This document shows, one piece after another, positions 1 through 10,876 of a stretch of 64,000 nt of DNA; the first letter of the stretch is position 1; the number at the start of each line of letters is the position of its first letter. Below the pieces are notes generated by a model that saw only the letters and a program-made list of their open reading frames with translations, searched no databases and was not told the DNA's origin. This stretch comes from Candidatus Bathyarchaeota archaeon (GTDB taxonomy: Archaea; Thermoproteota; CALKCG01; B24; DRYS01), in the NCBI GenBank assembly GCA_018396535.1, contig JAGTQC010000001.1, forward strand, positions 64,001-128,000, read 5' to 3'. The translations under genes were made by a program, and so were the position numbers.

Positions 1-868
1 TAGTAGCCATAACGCCTGTAACCGCTACCGCGAAGCTTATCGATGAAGTAGAGAATAATAGTACATCGAGTATCCTCATTATGTTATCCACCGTCTTAGC
101 TATCTGCTTAATAGATATAACATCTAGATAGTCTCCGTACAGATCCCTAATCCTACTCACTATGTACTCAACCCTATCTGGGCTACCTGCTACTAGAAAT
201 ATACCTGTATACTTCTTCTGACCTAGCATAGATGGGCCTGCATCTAGAGGTAGGAATATAGATCGATCTGGGTTAACTATCATTATAGTACCATACGGTT
301 TCAGTATACCCGCAACCCTAAAGCTAGATATCTTAAGCCTTATAGCTTCACCTTCGATCACAGGTATCCTAACGGTTAGAGCTGAACCTACACTGTAGAG
401 TTTAACACCACTTCTACTCGATGTAGCTAGTTCAGATCCTATTAGGCATGAAGTATAAGCTTTAGATGGTGGTATAGATCCCTCTTCAACTTCTAACCCG
501 CCTATAGCTTTCATCAAGACGGTTAGATCTATAGCGTATAGTTGAACCCTGACAGTCTCACCGTCGAGCTTCCTGAACTCTCCTATACTCTGATAGAATG
601 GTGTGATATAGGCTACACCAGGTATCCTCCTAAGCCTATCTATATCCGTCTGAGATAACTCGTAGTCCTTACCAGGAAATACTACGATCGTATTCTGTCC
701 TAGAGATGTTAACTGCTCTGATATAACGTTCATATAGCCTCTCGTAGCACTCACTATCGATACTAAAGCTGTAGGGCCTATCATAACGCCTAAAATGGTG
801 AGGGCAGCTCTAACTCTACGTTCACGTAGTACGCTTATAGATAGGCTTAGTATATCCTCGATCCTCAA
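1..868 (-). CDS. MacB/FtsX-family ABC transporter permease (3' end runs off the window)
   Basis: Not in the ORF track. Manual translation from TTG at 868 gives MRIEDILSLSISVLRERRVRAALTILGVMIGPTALVSIV; the same frame at the window edge reads ISFAVAVTGVMAT. It lies downstream of a MacB/LolD ATPase. Confidence 0.85.
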   Translation of the reverse strand, partial: MRIEDILSLSISVLRERRVRAALTILGVMIGPTALVSIVSATRGYMNVISEQLTSLGQNTIVVFPGKDYELSQTDIDRLRRIPGVAYITPFYQSIGEFRKLDGETVRVQLYAIDLTVLMKAIGGLEVEEGSIPPSKAYTSCLIGSELATSSRSGVKLYSVGSALTVRIPVIEGEAIRLKISSFRVAGILKPYGTIMIVNPDRSIFLPLDAGPSMLGQKKYTGIFLVAGSPDRVEYIVSRIRDLYGDYLDVISIKQIAKTVDNIMRILDVLLFSTSSISFAVAVTGVMAT

Positions 869-937
869 ACCTAGGATCCCATCCCAGTAGCTCCTAGATA
901 AGATGGGTTAGCAGCGATATATCTACATTACCTATCA

Positions 938-3900
938 TCAACTCTTCACTATCCTAGTATGCTTAACATACCTTATTATGAAGTAGCCTGCTACAAGCAT
1001 GAATACCGATGCGATGATTATAGGTAGAAGCCTGTATATAGTCTCACCTATAGGCTGCTGTTGAGGTTTAGGCTGCTCACCAACTTCGATACCTACACTA
1101 TATTCGCTACTATAGGATCTACCATAATCATCTGTATACTCTAACGCTATCTTCAGCGTATATACACCTATATCTGCTTCTACCTCTGCTTCGACTGAGA
1201 ACGGTACCTGGGTATCGGGATCTATACTACCTAGATACTGATGCGACTCTGTCTTAAGCTTGAAGCCCGGATGATCTAGTAGATGCACCGTTACATGCTT
1301 AGCAGTCTCCCTACCTATATTCAATAATATACCTGAGATCGTTAAGCTAGCACCCCTATATGCTGGAGATGGTATAACTGTAAGTTCGAGAAGTTTAAAC
1401 TCTATCTCCCCTCTAACGTTTACAGGAAACGTTATGTTATACCTTCTATTATATCCGTAGCTATCTTTGAAAGCTATCATAGCTAATGCTGTAAGGGTAC
1501 CTCTATACGGTGTATTAGGATTGCCGTAGACGCCTGTCTCTACGATTATATGATCCCCGGCTCTGATAACTGGTATATAGAAGACCTGCTTCTCTAAAGC
1601 TACTCCTGGAGGCATATTGAGGAGGATGAAGTATACATCATATGCTGGTGATGAACCAGTATTTATAACTTTAACAGAGAATTTCTTATAACCACCTACT
1701 ATGATATCGGTGGATACCGGTTCTACTTCTATAAGCTTCACGGATCCTAGGATATACATCCTACATTCGATACATACCTCTTGTATCGTATTCCATTGAT
1801 CTAGGAAGCTTAACGTTAAATCGAATCTATATACACCTGGAGAAACCTTTTGAGAAATCGAGAGCGGGATCACGAAGTATACGTAGTCTCCGAGGTTTAC
1901 GGTAGCGGCAGGCTGGATCTCTAAAGGTATTGTTGGAGGTATGATACCCATAGCTATACTTTGAATCGATATAGGTCTTGTGAATACGACTGGCGTTACG
2001 TATCCCTCACATTCACTAGTAGTCGATAAAGAGAATCCTTCAGGCATCTTCACGTAACCTACTAACCCGCTCATAGAGGGTACGGCGACGTTACGTAGTA
2101 TAACTATAAGCTGTACACCTATATCACCTGGACCAGCGCTTACACCATACCAGAAGCTTTGAACGAATTCTATACCCCCATACAGAGTGTTAACCGTTAT
2201 ATTGAACTCATGGGTTTCACTAAGCTTAACACCATAGCTTCCACTCTCCAGTATGTATTCACATACAACTCTACCTTTATAGATACCGGGTTTTAAACCT
2301 CTATCGATGGATACACGTAGATCTAAACTTCTAGAGCTATATCTAGCTAACGATCCAGACATATATATGTTCTGAGGATCCTTCAACCTGAATCCATCTG
2401 GTAGTATGACTTTAAGATGTATACCTGATATACTATAGGGGGATCTATTCACGAAGGTTAGGGTTAGAGTTACATTTTCATCTCCAGGATAGACTGGAAG
2501 ATTCTCTCCCCAACTTACAGATGAAAGCTCTAGATACCCATAGCCTGCTGGAGGCTTAGTTATCGTAACGTTAAGATAGAATAATTTCACCCTATGTAGA
2601 GAAGAGCCGGCATATGATATGGTATACTCAGTTCTCAACGATATCGTGTATACACCTGGTTTCAAATCTGGATCTACATCGATCTCTATGGTAGCTGTCG
2701 ATGTGGATCCAGGATTCAATATGCTTACTCTACTCGTAGTTTTAGAACTTTGAGAATAGCTGAATCCGTATGGAAGAATATACTCTACGGTTAAACCTTC
2801 AGCTGTACGGCTTCCTCTATTAACTATCTCTACTGTTAAAGGTATATTCTGTGCTCCAGGTATAGCATCTACAGGGTTTCCTGGAGAACCCCAGTAGATC
2901 GATACCACATCTAGTATCGTATCTAATACAGATGGATCGTAAAGTTTTACAGGTATATCGAAAGCGTATGTTGATGGAGCGCCTCCGCCACCAGTCTCTA
3001 GTATGTAATCGATCGATAGCTTTACGATATAGGATCCTGGTTTAAGATCCCCAGATATATCGAATGCTACGGTTATAGATGATGATCCGCCTGAAGCTAT
3101 AGGCTGTAGTGCTCCAGGTCTCACAGCTTTGACGATGAAGCCGATAGGCACATCTACACGTATAGCTGAAGCCGATATAGTATACTCTCCAAGGTTAACC
3201 AGGGTTATCGTTAAATCTATATCCTCAGCTCCAGGTATCGGTAATATAGGTTCACCCCTATAGCTCCAGTACAATCCTGATAGTGTTAGGAAGCTAGGCT
3301 TATACGTGTAGATCGGTATAGCTACGTTTAAACTACATGAATCTCTTACAAGCTTACCTTCAAGATTCATCGTATACTCTAGTATAAGCTTAGCCATAGG
3401 CATTACGATAGAATCTTGTAACCCGTAGATCTCGGCTAAGCTACTCGATACATATATACCTCTGAATACAGCTGTAGCAAACCCGCTAACAGGTATCGCT
3501 CCTACTATACATTTCAAGCTTCCCTCCTTATACTTACCATACAATCCTGGTGGAAGTATAAGCGTCGCCGTTACGCCTGTTAGATCGTAGATATCTAGGT
3601 TCGCTACCTGTATCGTAAGACTTAGATCCCTAGATCCTGGTACCGCTAGATCTATCCTACCAGCTTCACCCCAAAAGCATCCGGCTAAAGCTAGGTTAAC
3701 CTTAGGTATAGGATCTACGTGAAGTGTTACGTTGAGATCCGCTTCCACACCCCTATACCCATCCTGGAGCGTATACTCAACGGTAAGGTTTGCGTAGTAT
3801 ACTCCTGGAGCTACACTACTAGATATATCCACCTGATACGTTAAGATGAAGGTCTCCCCAGGTTTAGCTATACCGCTCCAAGAAGATACGGCTTCATCAC

Positions 3901-4165
3901 CGCCATATATACTTGTAAACCCTGATGGAAGCTTCAACCTACCTGTAGCAGCTGTTATATTATTCGAGTATAGCTCGTTCCTTAGAACTATCGTAAGCGT
4001 ATTGGATTGCGTACCTGGATATGCTTTAACAGGTCTACCAGTCGTACCCCAATACGAGTCCACTATGGTTAAAGCTGTATCGTATGCTGCTATCCTAACC
4101 CAAACATTCTGGATAGGGGATAGTATAAGTAGCAGTATCAATAGGTATCTATATACCGTATTCAA
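938..4165 (-). CDS. COG1361-like / S-layer-type cell-surface protein with tandem Ig-like repeats and a C-terminal TM anchor
   Basis: N-terminal signal-like segment; at least 6 repeats of [YF]W..PG....LT..L.N; C-terminal hydrophobic helix followed by a basic tail. Confidence 0.75.
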   Translation of the reverse strand: MNTVYRYLLILLLILSPIQNVWVRIAAYDTALTIVDSYWGTTGRPVKAYPGTQSNTLTIVLRNELYSNNITAATGRLKLPSGFTSIYGGDEAVSSWSGIAKPGETFILTYQVDISSSVAPGVYYANLTVEYTLQDGYRGVEADLNVTLHVDPIPKVNLALAGCFWGEAGRIDLAVPGSRDLSLTIQVANLDIYDLTGVTATLILPPGLYGKYKEGSLKCIVGAIPVSGFATAVFRGIYVSSSLAEIYGLQDSIVMPMAKLILEYTMNLEGKLVRDSCSLNVAIPIYTYKPSFLTLSGLYWSYRGEPILPIPGAEDIDLTITLVNLGEYTISASAIRVDVPIGFIVKAVRPGALQPIASGGSSSITVAFDISGDLKPGSYIVKLSIDYILETGGGGAPSTYAFDIPVKLYDPSVLDTILDVVSIYWGSPGNPVDAIPGAQNIPLTVEIVNRGSRTAEGLTVEYILPYGFSYSQSSKTTSRVSILNPGSTSTATIEIDVDPDLKPGVYTISLRTEYTISYAGSSLHRVKLFYLNVTITKPPAGYGYLELSSVSWGENLPVYPGDENVTLTLTFVNRSPYSISGIHLKVILPDGFRLKDPQNIYMSGSLARYSSRSLDLRVSIDRGLKPGIYKGRVVCEYILESGSYGVKLSETHEFNITVNTLYGGIEFVQSFWYGVSAGPGDIGVQLIVILRNVAVPSMSGLVGYVKMPEGFSLSTTSECEGYVTPVVFTRPISIQSIAMGIIPPTIPLEIQPAATVNLGDYVYFVIPLSISQKVSPGVYRFDLTLSFLDQWNTIQEVCIECRMYILGSVKLIEVEPVSTDIIVGGYKKFSVKVINTGSSPAYDVYFILLNMPPGVALEKQVFYIPVIRAGDHIIVETGVYGNPNTPYRGTLTALAMIAFKDSYGYNRRYNITFPVNVRGEIEFKLLELTVIPSPAYRGASLTISGILLNIGRETAKHVTVHLLDHPGFKLKTESHQYLGSIDPDTQVPFSVEAEVEADIGVYTLKIALEYTDDYGRSYSSEYSVGIEVGEQPKPQQQPIGETIYRLLPIIIASVFMLVAGYFIIRYVKHTRIVKS

Positions 4166-4851
4166 TCCTTCTCACCCACTATCACCCCATCCCTTATATA
4201 TATTATCCTCCTAGCTTCGCTAGCTACATTCTCATCATGGGTAACTATAACTATAGTTCTACCCTCCTCGTTAAGCTTCCTAAGCAATCTGAGAACCTCA
4301 GCTTCAGTCCTAGAATCTAGGGAACCTGTAGGTTCATCAGCTAGTATCATACGCGGATTATGAACTATAGCTCTAGCTATAGCAACCCTCTGCTGCTGCC
4401 CACCCGAAAGCTGGTTAGGCCTCTTAGAAAGCCACCCCTCCTCACCCTCAACCCTAAGCAATGCTTCGATAGCAAGCTTCCTACGCAAATCCCTAGGCAC
4501 ACCCCTAGCTATAAGTGGAAGCTCTATATTCTCTAAGACAGTCATGCGGTTAATAAGGTTAAACTGCTGGAATACGAAGCCTATCTTAACATTCCTAAGA
4601 TAAGCTAGCTCCTTATCCGATAGCATACTCGTATCCACACCATCGATTAAAACCCTACCAGATGAAGGCCTATCTAGAAGACCCATTATGTGGAGGAGAG
4701 TAGATTTACCATGACCAGACGGCCCCATAATAGCTAGATACTCCCCATCACCAACATAGAGATCTACACCTCTCAAAGCCCAAGTCTCCACAGACTCGGA
4801 AAGCCTATAAACCTTAGTTACACCGATAACCTCCAGAATATAAGCTGGCAT
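4162..4851 (-). CDS. ABC transporter ATP-binding protein (MacB/LolD type)
   Basis: Walker A GPSGHGKST, GFVFQQFNL, LSGGQQQRVAIARA, ADEPTG, VTHD. Confidence 0.95.
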   Translation of the reverse strand: MPAYILEVIGVTKVYRLSESVETWALRGVDLYVGDGEYLAIMGPSGHGKSTLLHIMGLLDRPSSGRVLIDGVDTSMLSDKELAYLRNVKIGFVFQQFNLINRMTVLENIELPLIARGVPRDLRRKLAIEALLRVEGEEGWLSKRPNQLSGGQQQRVAIARAIVHNPRMILADEPTGSLDSRTEAEVLRLLRKLNEEGRTIVIVTHDENVASEARRIIYIRDGVIVGEKD

Positions 4852-4922
4852 AAACCCTAAGAAACTCTAGGGATACCTCCCTAAAACTTTTATCCCTCTA
4901 AACCTCTTTAACCAAGCATGAA

Positions 4923-5008
4923 GCCGGGGTCACCTAGCCTGGTAGGGTGCAGGCCTGGAGAGCCTGTGGCGCATCCGCGCCGCGCGGGTTCAAATCCCGC
5001 CCCCGGCG
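4923..5008 (+). tRNA. tRNA-Ser(GGA), intronless, long variable arm
   Basis: GCCGGGG/CCCCGGC acceptor stem; CAGGC-CTGGAGA-GCCTG anticodon arm; TTCAAAT T-loop; followed by a T-tract. Confidence 0.97.
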
Positions 5009-5331
5009 TATTTTTGAAAAGCAACCTAAAATCTCCTGTGGAGCTGGCGTGCATGGAGATGCGGCGATGATTGGGGTTGGATCGGGGGTTGTTCAGTTCT
5101 TCACCTCCAAGCTAGGCGTAGAATATTGTGGCTAAGGCTATGATCGCTAGTATTGAGTCCATTATGCCAAATGGATAAAATGATGGAGCTAGAGTCATCG
5201 TCTTTATGCTCAACGCCGTGCTGAAGGCTATACCCCCACTTCCTCCTCATTCAGGTTTCGTAGTCCGTAATCAGCTTTGATACATCATAAATAGCGCTTA
5301 TAGTAGCCCAAAACATTTTTCTCTACAAATC

Positions 5332-5532
5332 CTATTGGGGGTCGTTTGATGGGGGCGTGATTAACGTACCTAAAATCTCCATGAGACTATGTGTTAAAAA
5401 CGCAATAGAAGCTATTTTCAAGCTAGTCTCTTTATCCATCCCTTCAAACAATATTGAAATATCTATACTGTCTTTACTGTCTTTATCCTCCAGCCATTTA
5501 TGTCGTTTACGCATATTATCCCCTGAGATCAT
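5332..5532 (-). CDS. small hypothetical protein or gene remnant
   Basis: 66-aa ORF with no recognised motif. Confidence 0.3.
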   Translation of the reverse strand: MISGDNMRKRHKWLEDKDSKDSIDISILFEGMDKETSLKIASIAFLTHSLMEILGTLITPPSNDPQ

Positions 5533-5773
5533 TCATAGGATATGTGGTGTTTTCCTCCGGTATTAGTAAACCTTTTATCCGGCGGATGAAACTATTAAGC
5601 AGCTGGTTCTCCCTCGTAGCACGCGATTTAACGCAGGCTTACTTAAAACCCCTGTTAACGGTCCTATTATCTTAAGAGATTATCAGAACGTTAATGCTAA
5701 ACGCTAGGAGATTGAAATATTTAGTTTGAGAAATGTGTTACATGTTACGTGTTCTCGTGGGGGTATGGTAGCT

Positions 5774-6289
5774 ATGAGGATAGCTATAGTATACTATTCT
5801 AGGACTGGGTATACTGAGCGTATCGTCGATGAGCTGGGGTTATATCTAAAGAACGAAGGCTTTATGGTTGATGTCTACAAGGTCATTCCCGTAAGAGAAT
5901 ACTCTAAGCCTTTGCACTTAAATCCTAGACTTATATATGATACCCTTGTTAAGAGAGGGACGGATATAAGATTCGAACACAGCGAACCGAAACTGAACGA
6001 TTACAGCGCTGTTATCGTTGCATCACCTATATGGATCGGCATGCTTTCGCCACCAGTACAAGAATTTCTGAGAAAATATACTGTAGCGAGATTGATGATC
6101 GTTACCACTAGTATTCAAAGCATAAGGGTCGATAAGATTGAGAAGATTGTTGAAAAACTCTGCGGAGCTAAGCCCCTGATATGCGTAAACATCAGAGATG
6201 CTACGATCAGAAACTCTGTCAAGCTTAGAGAAGCAATCGAAGATATTGCTAAAAAATTCAAGGCCATCGTAAAAGGGGAAGATATATAG
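5774..6289 (+). CDS. flavodoxin-family protein
   Basis: MRIAIVYYSRTGYTERI FMN loop and VIVASPIWIG; start moved to ATG 5774. Confidence 0.85.
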   Translation: MRIAIVYYSRTGYTERIVDELGLYLKNEGFMVDVYKVIPVREYSKPLHLNPRLIYDTLVKRGTDIRFEHSEPKLNDYSAVIVASPIWIGMLSPPVQEFLRKYTVARLMIVTTSIQSIRVDKIEKIVEKLCGAKPLICVNIRDATIRNSVKLREAIEDIAKKFKAIVKGEDI

Positions 6290-6542
6290 CTACGTAAACA
6301 AGATTATTGATCGCGATCTAAGCGATACAGGAGAATAATGCTAGCCTAATTCGCATCGGTGAGTAGTAAGAGCCGGATAATTTCTACCATGCCTTAACTG
6401 CTTCTCTAGGCTTCATCAACCCATGGCTTCCTCTATGATCCTTTAGCAACTATTTGATCAATCATAGTATTTTATCTCTAGGATTTTGTTAGCTACACCC
6501 TTATCCCTCCAATATCAAGCATATAATGAGGATTGGCTAATT

Positions 6543-7490
6543 TTAGATTGGCTTAGCTCTGTAATATTCGTTTCCGTTATATTCAAGCTTTACCAGTCTG
6601 CCTTCCTGTAGAAGCTTTTCTACTATCTGCCAATCTGCTTTAGCTTTCTCTAAGAGTTTTATCATAGCTTCCTTACGTATCGGGTGGACTGCTGCTATTC
6701 CAAGTATCTCATCCTCTATCCTACCAGTAAAGGCAAAGTCGTTTCCCTCATGCTCCACCAAGAATTTCACCCTACTACCTCCAAGAATTCTAGAGAATAT
6801 TTGAAAAGCTTCATTTAGAATCTCTCTTCTAGCAGGCTTAACCCATTTTTCAGATGGAGGTCTAACCGGTACACTGATGTATGCTACGCTTAGATTATCT
6901 AATCCTTCTAGAAATCTCCCTATACGTTCAAACTCTCCGTTATACTCTACCCCGTCGATTATCATCGTCTCGCTTATTACTACTCCATTAAATTCTTCAG
7001 TAAATCTTCTTACACCTTCTAGAATCCTATTTATCTGGAGGCTTTCATGAGGCTTATTCACCAATCTCCATAACTCCTTGCTAACCGCGTCTACTTTTAA
7101 TGATACAAGATCCGCTTCTAAGAGGCTCTTTCTCACATCTTTATTCCAGAGTAGAGAAGCGTTTGTTAAAACCGCGATGGGGATACCTATCCTTTTTAAA
7201 AGTGAGATCTCCCTACCTAAATTAGCGTCTAGGGTTGGCTCACCATCTGGGACAAAGGTTAAGTAATCGATATGCTCGTCTTTTAGATGTATATCCTTAA
7301 CCCTCTTTTCGACCTCGGTCAGAATATCTTCTGGCTTATAGAATCTCCGTCTTCTAATAATCTTATTCGTTGTTTCACCTAGCTGACAGTAAATACATGA
7401 ATACGTACATACCTTGTATGGAACATTATTTATTCCGAGACTTCTTCCTAAGCGTCTTGAAGATATAGGCCCAAACGCTAGCGATACCAT
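6543..7490 (-). CDS. radical SAM protein (COG0731-like)
   Basis: FGPISSRRLGRSLGIN, CxxxCxxC (CTYSCIYC), DGEPTL, LTNASL. Confidence 0.9.
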   Translation of the reverse strand: MVSLAFGPISSRRLGRSLGINNVPYKVCTYSCIYCQLGETTNKIIRRRRFYKPEDILTEVEKRVKDIHLKDEHIDYLTFVPDGEPTLDANLGREISLLKRIGIPIAVLTNASLLWNKDVRKSLLEADLVSLKVDAVSKELWRLVNKPHESLQINRILEGVRRFTEEFNGVVISETMIIDGVEYNGEFERIGRFLEGLDNLSVAYISVPVRPPSEKWVKPARREILNEAFQIFSRILGGSRVKFLVEHEGNDFAFTGRIEDEILGIAAVHPIRKEAMIKLLEKAKADWQIVEKLLQEGRLVKLEYNGNEYYRAKPI

Positions 7491-7843
7491 ACGCTATATT
7501 TAACCTTACTCGACTCTTTAAGCCTTCACCTAGATTTCTCGAATACATTCATAGTACTCTTAATATGACTGTAGACGGATATGAAATGAATGTTAACCAC
7601 TCATTAGCTATCTAAGCCCATGTAGTGCTTCCAAAATGGAGTCATATCGTATGGCGTAGCTATTCACGGTCGTTTACAGAGGTCTCCGCTATCTTAAAAC
7701 ACCTTCTGCTAAACCAACCCTACTAGCATGATAGGCTTCTTAAAGCTTAAGTCGAAGCGATACTAAGGAAGCTATGCCATGATATGATGCGGACTTTTCT
7801 AAATAAGCTATAAATCTACACCAAATGGTGTCTGGAGGAGAAA

Positions 7844-8305
7844 ATGGTTATATGCATGTTTAGGTTATCCTGTAAGTCTATGATGTTTAGGGTTATCTCG
7901 AAGGGTCGTGTAAAATCTCCCTGGATATTCCATCTTAATACTGGATCGTGTAATGGTTGTGATATCGAGATAGTTGCCGCCTTTGCTCCTCGTTATGATC
8001 TTGAACGTTTTGGCTGCCTACTCGTCGGTTCACCACGTCATGCTGATGTACTACTAGTTACTGGGCCGGTTACTCGTCAGATGCTACCCCGTTTGATTAG
8101 GGTTTATGAGCAGATCCCTGAGCCTAAGGTTGTCGTTGCTGTAGGTACATGCGCTTCCTCGGGAAGCCCGTTTCTAGGTAGCGAGATGGTTGAGGGGCCG
8201 GTTGATAGAATAATACCGGTTGATGTATATGTTATAGGATGCCCACCTAGACCTGAAGCGATAGTTAAAGGTGTTGTTACAGCTGTGAAGAGTAAGTTTA
8301 GGTGA
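7844..8305 (+). CDS. group 4 [NiFe]-hydrogenase small subunit (NuoB/MbhJ-like)
   Basis: GSCNGCDIE, LVTGPVT, VGTCASSG, GCPPRPE. Confidence 0.95.
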   Translation: MVICMFRLSCKSMMFRVISKGRVKSPWIFHLNTGSCNGCDIEIVAAFAPRYDLERFGCLLVGSPRHADVLLVTGPVTRQMLPRLIRVYEQIPEPKVVVAVGTCASSGSPFLGSEMVEGPVDRIIPVDVYVIGCPPRPEAIVKGVVTAVKSKFR

Positions 8306-8312
8306 TCTATGG

Positions 8313-9545
8313 ATGACTGCTGAACGTGACGTAGAGAGAGAGGTTGAGGTGGAGTATACTAGGCTACGTATCCCGTTCGGGCCGATCCATCCAGCTCTTA
8401 AAGAACCTGTTTTACTAAGGGTTTCTGTTAGAGGAGAGGAGGTTGTCGATGTTGATATGGCTTTAGGCCATGTCCATAGAGGTATAGAGCTTCTCGCTGA
8501 GGGGCGAAACCTAATTCAAACACTTTATTTAATCGAGCGTATATGCGGGATCTGCTCCCATAGTCATACAACATGCTTTATCCAGGCATTGGAGGAGATC
8601 GGCGGTATAACACCATCTAAGCGGGCTCTGTATCTTAGGACCTTGATCTTCGAGATGGAAAGAATCCATAGTCATCTCCTACTGCTCGGTGTTATAGCTT
8701 ACGAAATCGGGTTTGATACGCTTTTCATGTTCACATGGCATGTTAGGGAGAAGATTCTCGATCTATTCGAGAAGATTACGGGTAACCGTATTCACCATGC
8801 TATGAATACTATAGGTGGGGTTAGATGGGATTTAACACCTAGGATGGTGGAGGAGATAGATGCTTATATGAGGGAGGTGGAGAAGTCTGTCAAATACATT
8901 CACAACGTCTTTATGGATGGGACTGTTGAGAAAAGAGTCTGTGGTTTAGGAGTTTTAAGCTACGATGATGCTGTGAAGCTATGTGTAGTCGGACCTACGG
9001 CTAGAGGATCCGGGGTGGATATCGATGTACGGAGGGATCACCCATACGCTGCTTACGATGAGCTGAAGAGAGATTTCTCAGTAGTCGTGGAGAGAGGTTG
9101 CGATGTTTACGCTAGGACTGAAGTTCGTATTCTAGAGATTTTCGAATCGATAAATATAATCAGGGCTATCCTAGATAGACTTCCAGATGGACCTATACGT
9201 CCAAAGGAAAACGTCTTTAGGCTTATGAGGGGGATCCCTGAGGGTGAAGCTATATCCCTAGTCGAAGCTCCTAGAGGGGAGCTCCTGTACTTCGTTAAAA
9301 CTGATGGGAGTGGTGGTTTGAAAAGATTAAAGGTGCGTACACCTACATTCTCTAATCTAATAGGTTTAAAGCCTATGCTTATTGGATGCGAGATCGCAGA
9401 TGTACCTGTTATAGTGGCTTCTATAGATCCATGCCTTTCATGTACGAATCGATTAATAGTCATCGACCAGGAGAGGGGTGAATCTAATGTTATCGATGTG
9501 GATAGCCTAAGGCATAGGGTGAGAAGAAGGTGGATGCGGCAGTAG
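8313..9545 (+). CDS. group 4 [NiFe]-hydrogenase large subunit (MbhL-like)
   Basis: L1 ERICGICSHSH and L2 DPCLSCTNR give all four Ni-Fe cysteines; EAPRGE; ~30-aa C-terminal extension. Confidence 0.95.
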   Translation: MTAERDVEREVEVEYTRLRIPFGPIHPALKEPVLLRVSVRGEEVVDVDMALGHVHRGIELLAEGRNLIQTLYLIERICGICSHSHTTCFIQALEEIGGITPSKRALYLRTLIFEMERIHSHLLLLGVIAYEIGFDTLFMFTWHVREKILDLFEKITGNRIHHAMNTIGGVRWDLTPRMVEEIDAYMREVEKSVKYIHNVFMDGTVEKRVCGLGVLSYDDAVKLCVVGPTARGSGVDIDVRRDHPYAAYDELKRDFSVVVERGCDVYARTEVRILEIFESINIIRAILDRLPDGPIRPKENVFRLMRGIPEGEAISLVEAPRGELLYFVKTDGSGGLKRLKVRTPTFSNLIGLKPMLIGCEIADVPVIVASIDPCLSCTNRLIVIDQERGESNVIDVDSLRHRVRRRWMRQ

Positions 9546-10480
9546 CGTTCATCACATCCTTCCCATTAGTTCTGGTAGTAAGCCTACTATTTGAGGGTAT
9601 AGATAGGAAGATCCATGCTAGAATGCAAAAGAGGATCGGCCCACCGATTATCCAACCCTTCTACGATTTAATTAAACTATTCAATAAGGAGAGGATTATT
9701 CCTGTAACCGCTTCGACAAGGGTATTCGAGATAATGCCCATGATCGCTGCAGCTGCTTCAATACTAGGAGCATCTATACTCTTATCCAATACTCTTTCTG
9801 GATTAGGTATGATCGGCGATCTTATACTAGTCATGTACCTGCTTGCAATGTCATCCATAGCCTTGATGGTTGGAGGCTTAGCTTCAGGTAACCCGTATGC
9901 TGCGATAGGCTTCTCTAGGAAGATGAGTATGATGATAGCTTACGAGATCCCTATGTTCATCGCTATAATATCGGTAGCGTTCGGTCCACCAGCAGTCTTA
10001 ACTATCGATAGGGTAATAAAGTTTCAAATCAGTACACGTCTACCGTTAGCCGTATCCAGCTTAAGCATGGCTTCCGCAGCTGCGACTCTTCTACTCTGTA
10101 TACCAGCTGCTGCATCAGTTGTTCCATTCGATATACCAGAGGCGAAAACAGAGATCATATACGGCTTTCTAATCGAATATGGAGGCCCCTACCTAGCGTT
10201 AGCTAAGATAGCTAAAGCAGTATCAAACTTTACTCTAACACTACTCGTATCGGTTGTCTTCCTATATATTCCCTCGCTATTGGGGGAGGAGGCTCTAATA
10301 AACCTAGGTATATCCTTATCTATATGTCTAGCAGTATCTCTACTCATAATGTTTGCTACGATAACCGTACCACGTACAATCTTCGCTAGATTGAAGATTG
10401 GGCAGGCTTTTAAATTCTACTGGATGCTTCCGTTAGCATTATCGATCTTATCCATCATCCTATCCGTGATCGGCTTATAG
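9530..10480 (+). CDS. hydrogenase membrane anchor subunit (NuoH/MbhM/HyfC-like)
   Basis: RKIHARMQKRIGPPIIQPFYDLIKLF, PFDIPEAKTE, EYGG. Confidence 0.93.
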   Translation: MDAAVAFITSFPLVLVVSLLFEGIDRKIHARMQKRIGPPIIQPFYDLIKLFNKERIIPVTASTRVFEIMPMIAAAASILGASILLSNTLSGLGMIGDLILVMYLLAMSSIALMVGGLASGNPYAAIGFSRKMSMMIAYEIPMFIAIISVAFGPPAVLTIDRVIKFQISTRLPLAVSSLSMASAAATLLLCIPAAASVVPFDIPEAKTEIIYGFLIEYGGPYLALAKIAKAVSNFTLTLLVSVVFLYIPSLLGEEALINLGISLSICLAVSLLIMFATITVPRTIFARLKIGQAFKFYWMLPLALSILSIILSVIGL

Positions 10481-10828
10481 GTGATCGGGTTGAAGTTTGG
10501 GAAGATGCTTCGTGATGCTCTAAGATCGCTTTTCCGTAAACCCGTTACGGTAGAGTATCTTACTAAACCTGGGAGGATGGTGCCTGTTTCAGAGCGGTTT
10601 AGGGGTAGGTTAACTTATGATAGGGATGCATGTATAGGATGCCTACTTTGTGTAAGAGTCTGTCCTAGCGGTGTAATAGCTTCGACCGAGGATATGAAGG
10701 TAGCCTTTAATATATCTAGATGCATTCTCTGCGGTCAATGTGCTGAGATATGCCCGAAGGAAGCTATTAAGCTGAGCACGCAGTTTGAGATTATAACAGG
10801 TAATAAAAACGGGCTTATCCTTAAGTAA
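10481..10828 (+). CDS. 2x[4Fe-4S] subunit (NuoI/MbhN-like)
   Basis: CIGCLLCVRVCP and CILCGQCAEICP; RFRG motif. Confidence 0.93.
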   Translation: MIGLKFGKMLRDALRSLFRKPVTVEYLTKPGRMVPVSERFRGRLTYDRDACIGCLLCVRVCPSGVIASTEDMKVAFNISRCILCGQCAEICPKEAIKLSTQFEIITGNKNGLILK

Positions 10829-10876
10829 GTTGGGTAAAGTTTATTAGTTTTCCACTTCCTAATACAGATTAGCTAA

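Noticed and set aside
4947-5135. 62-aa ORF on the + strand
   Set aside because: It begins inside tRNA-Ser and is an artefact.
8313-9545. Complex I-like NuoD or MBX/Ehd-type subunit lacking a Ni site
   Set aside because: Both CxxC motifs are intact, so it is a true hydrogenase.
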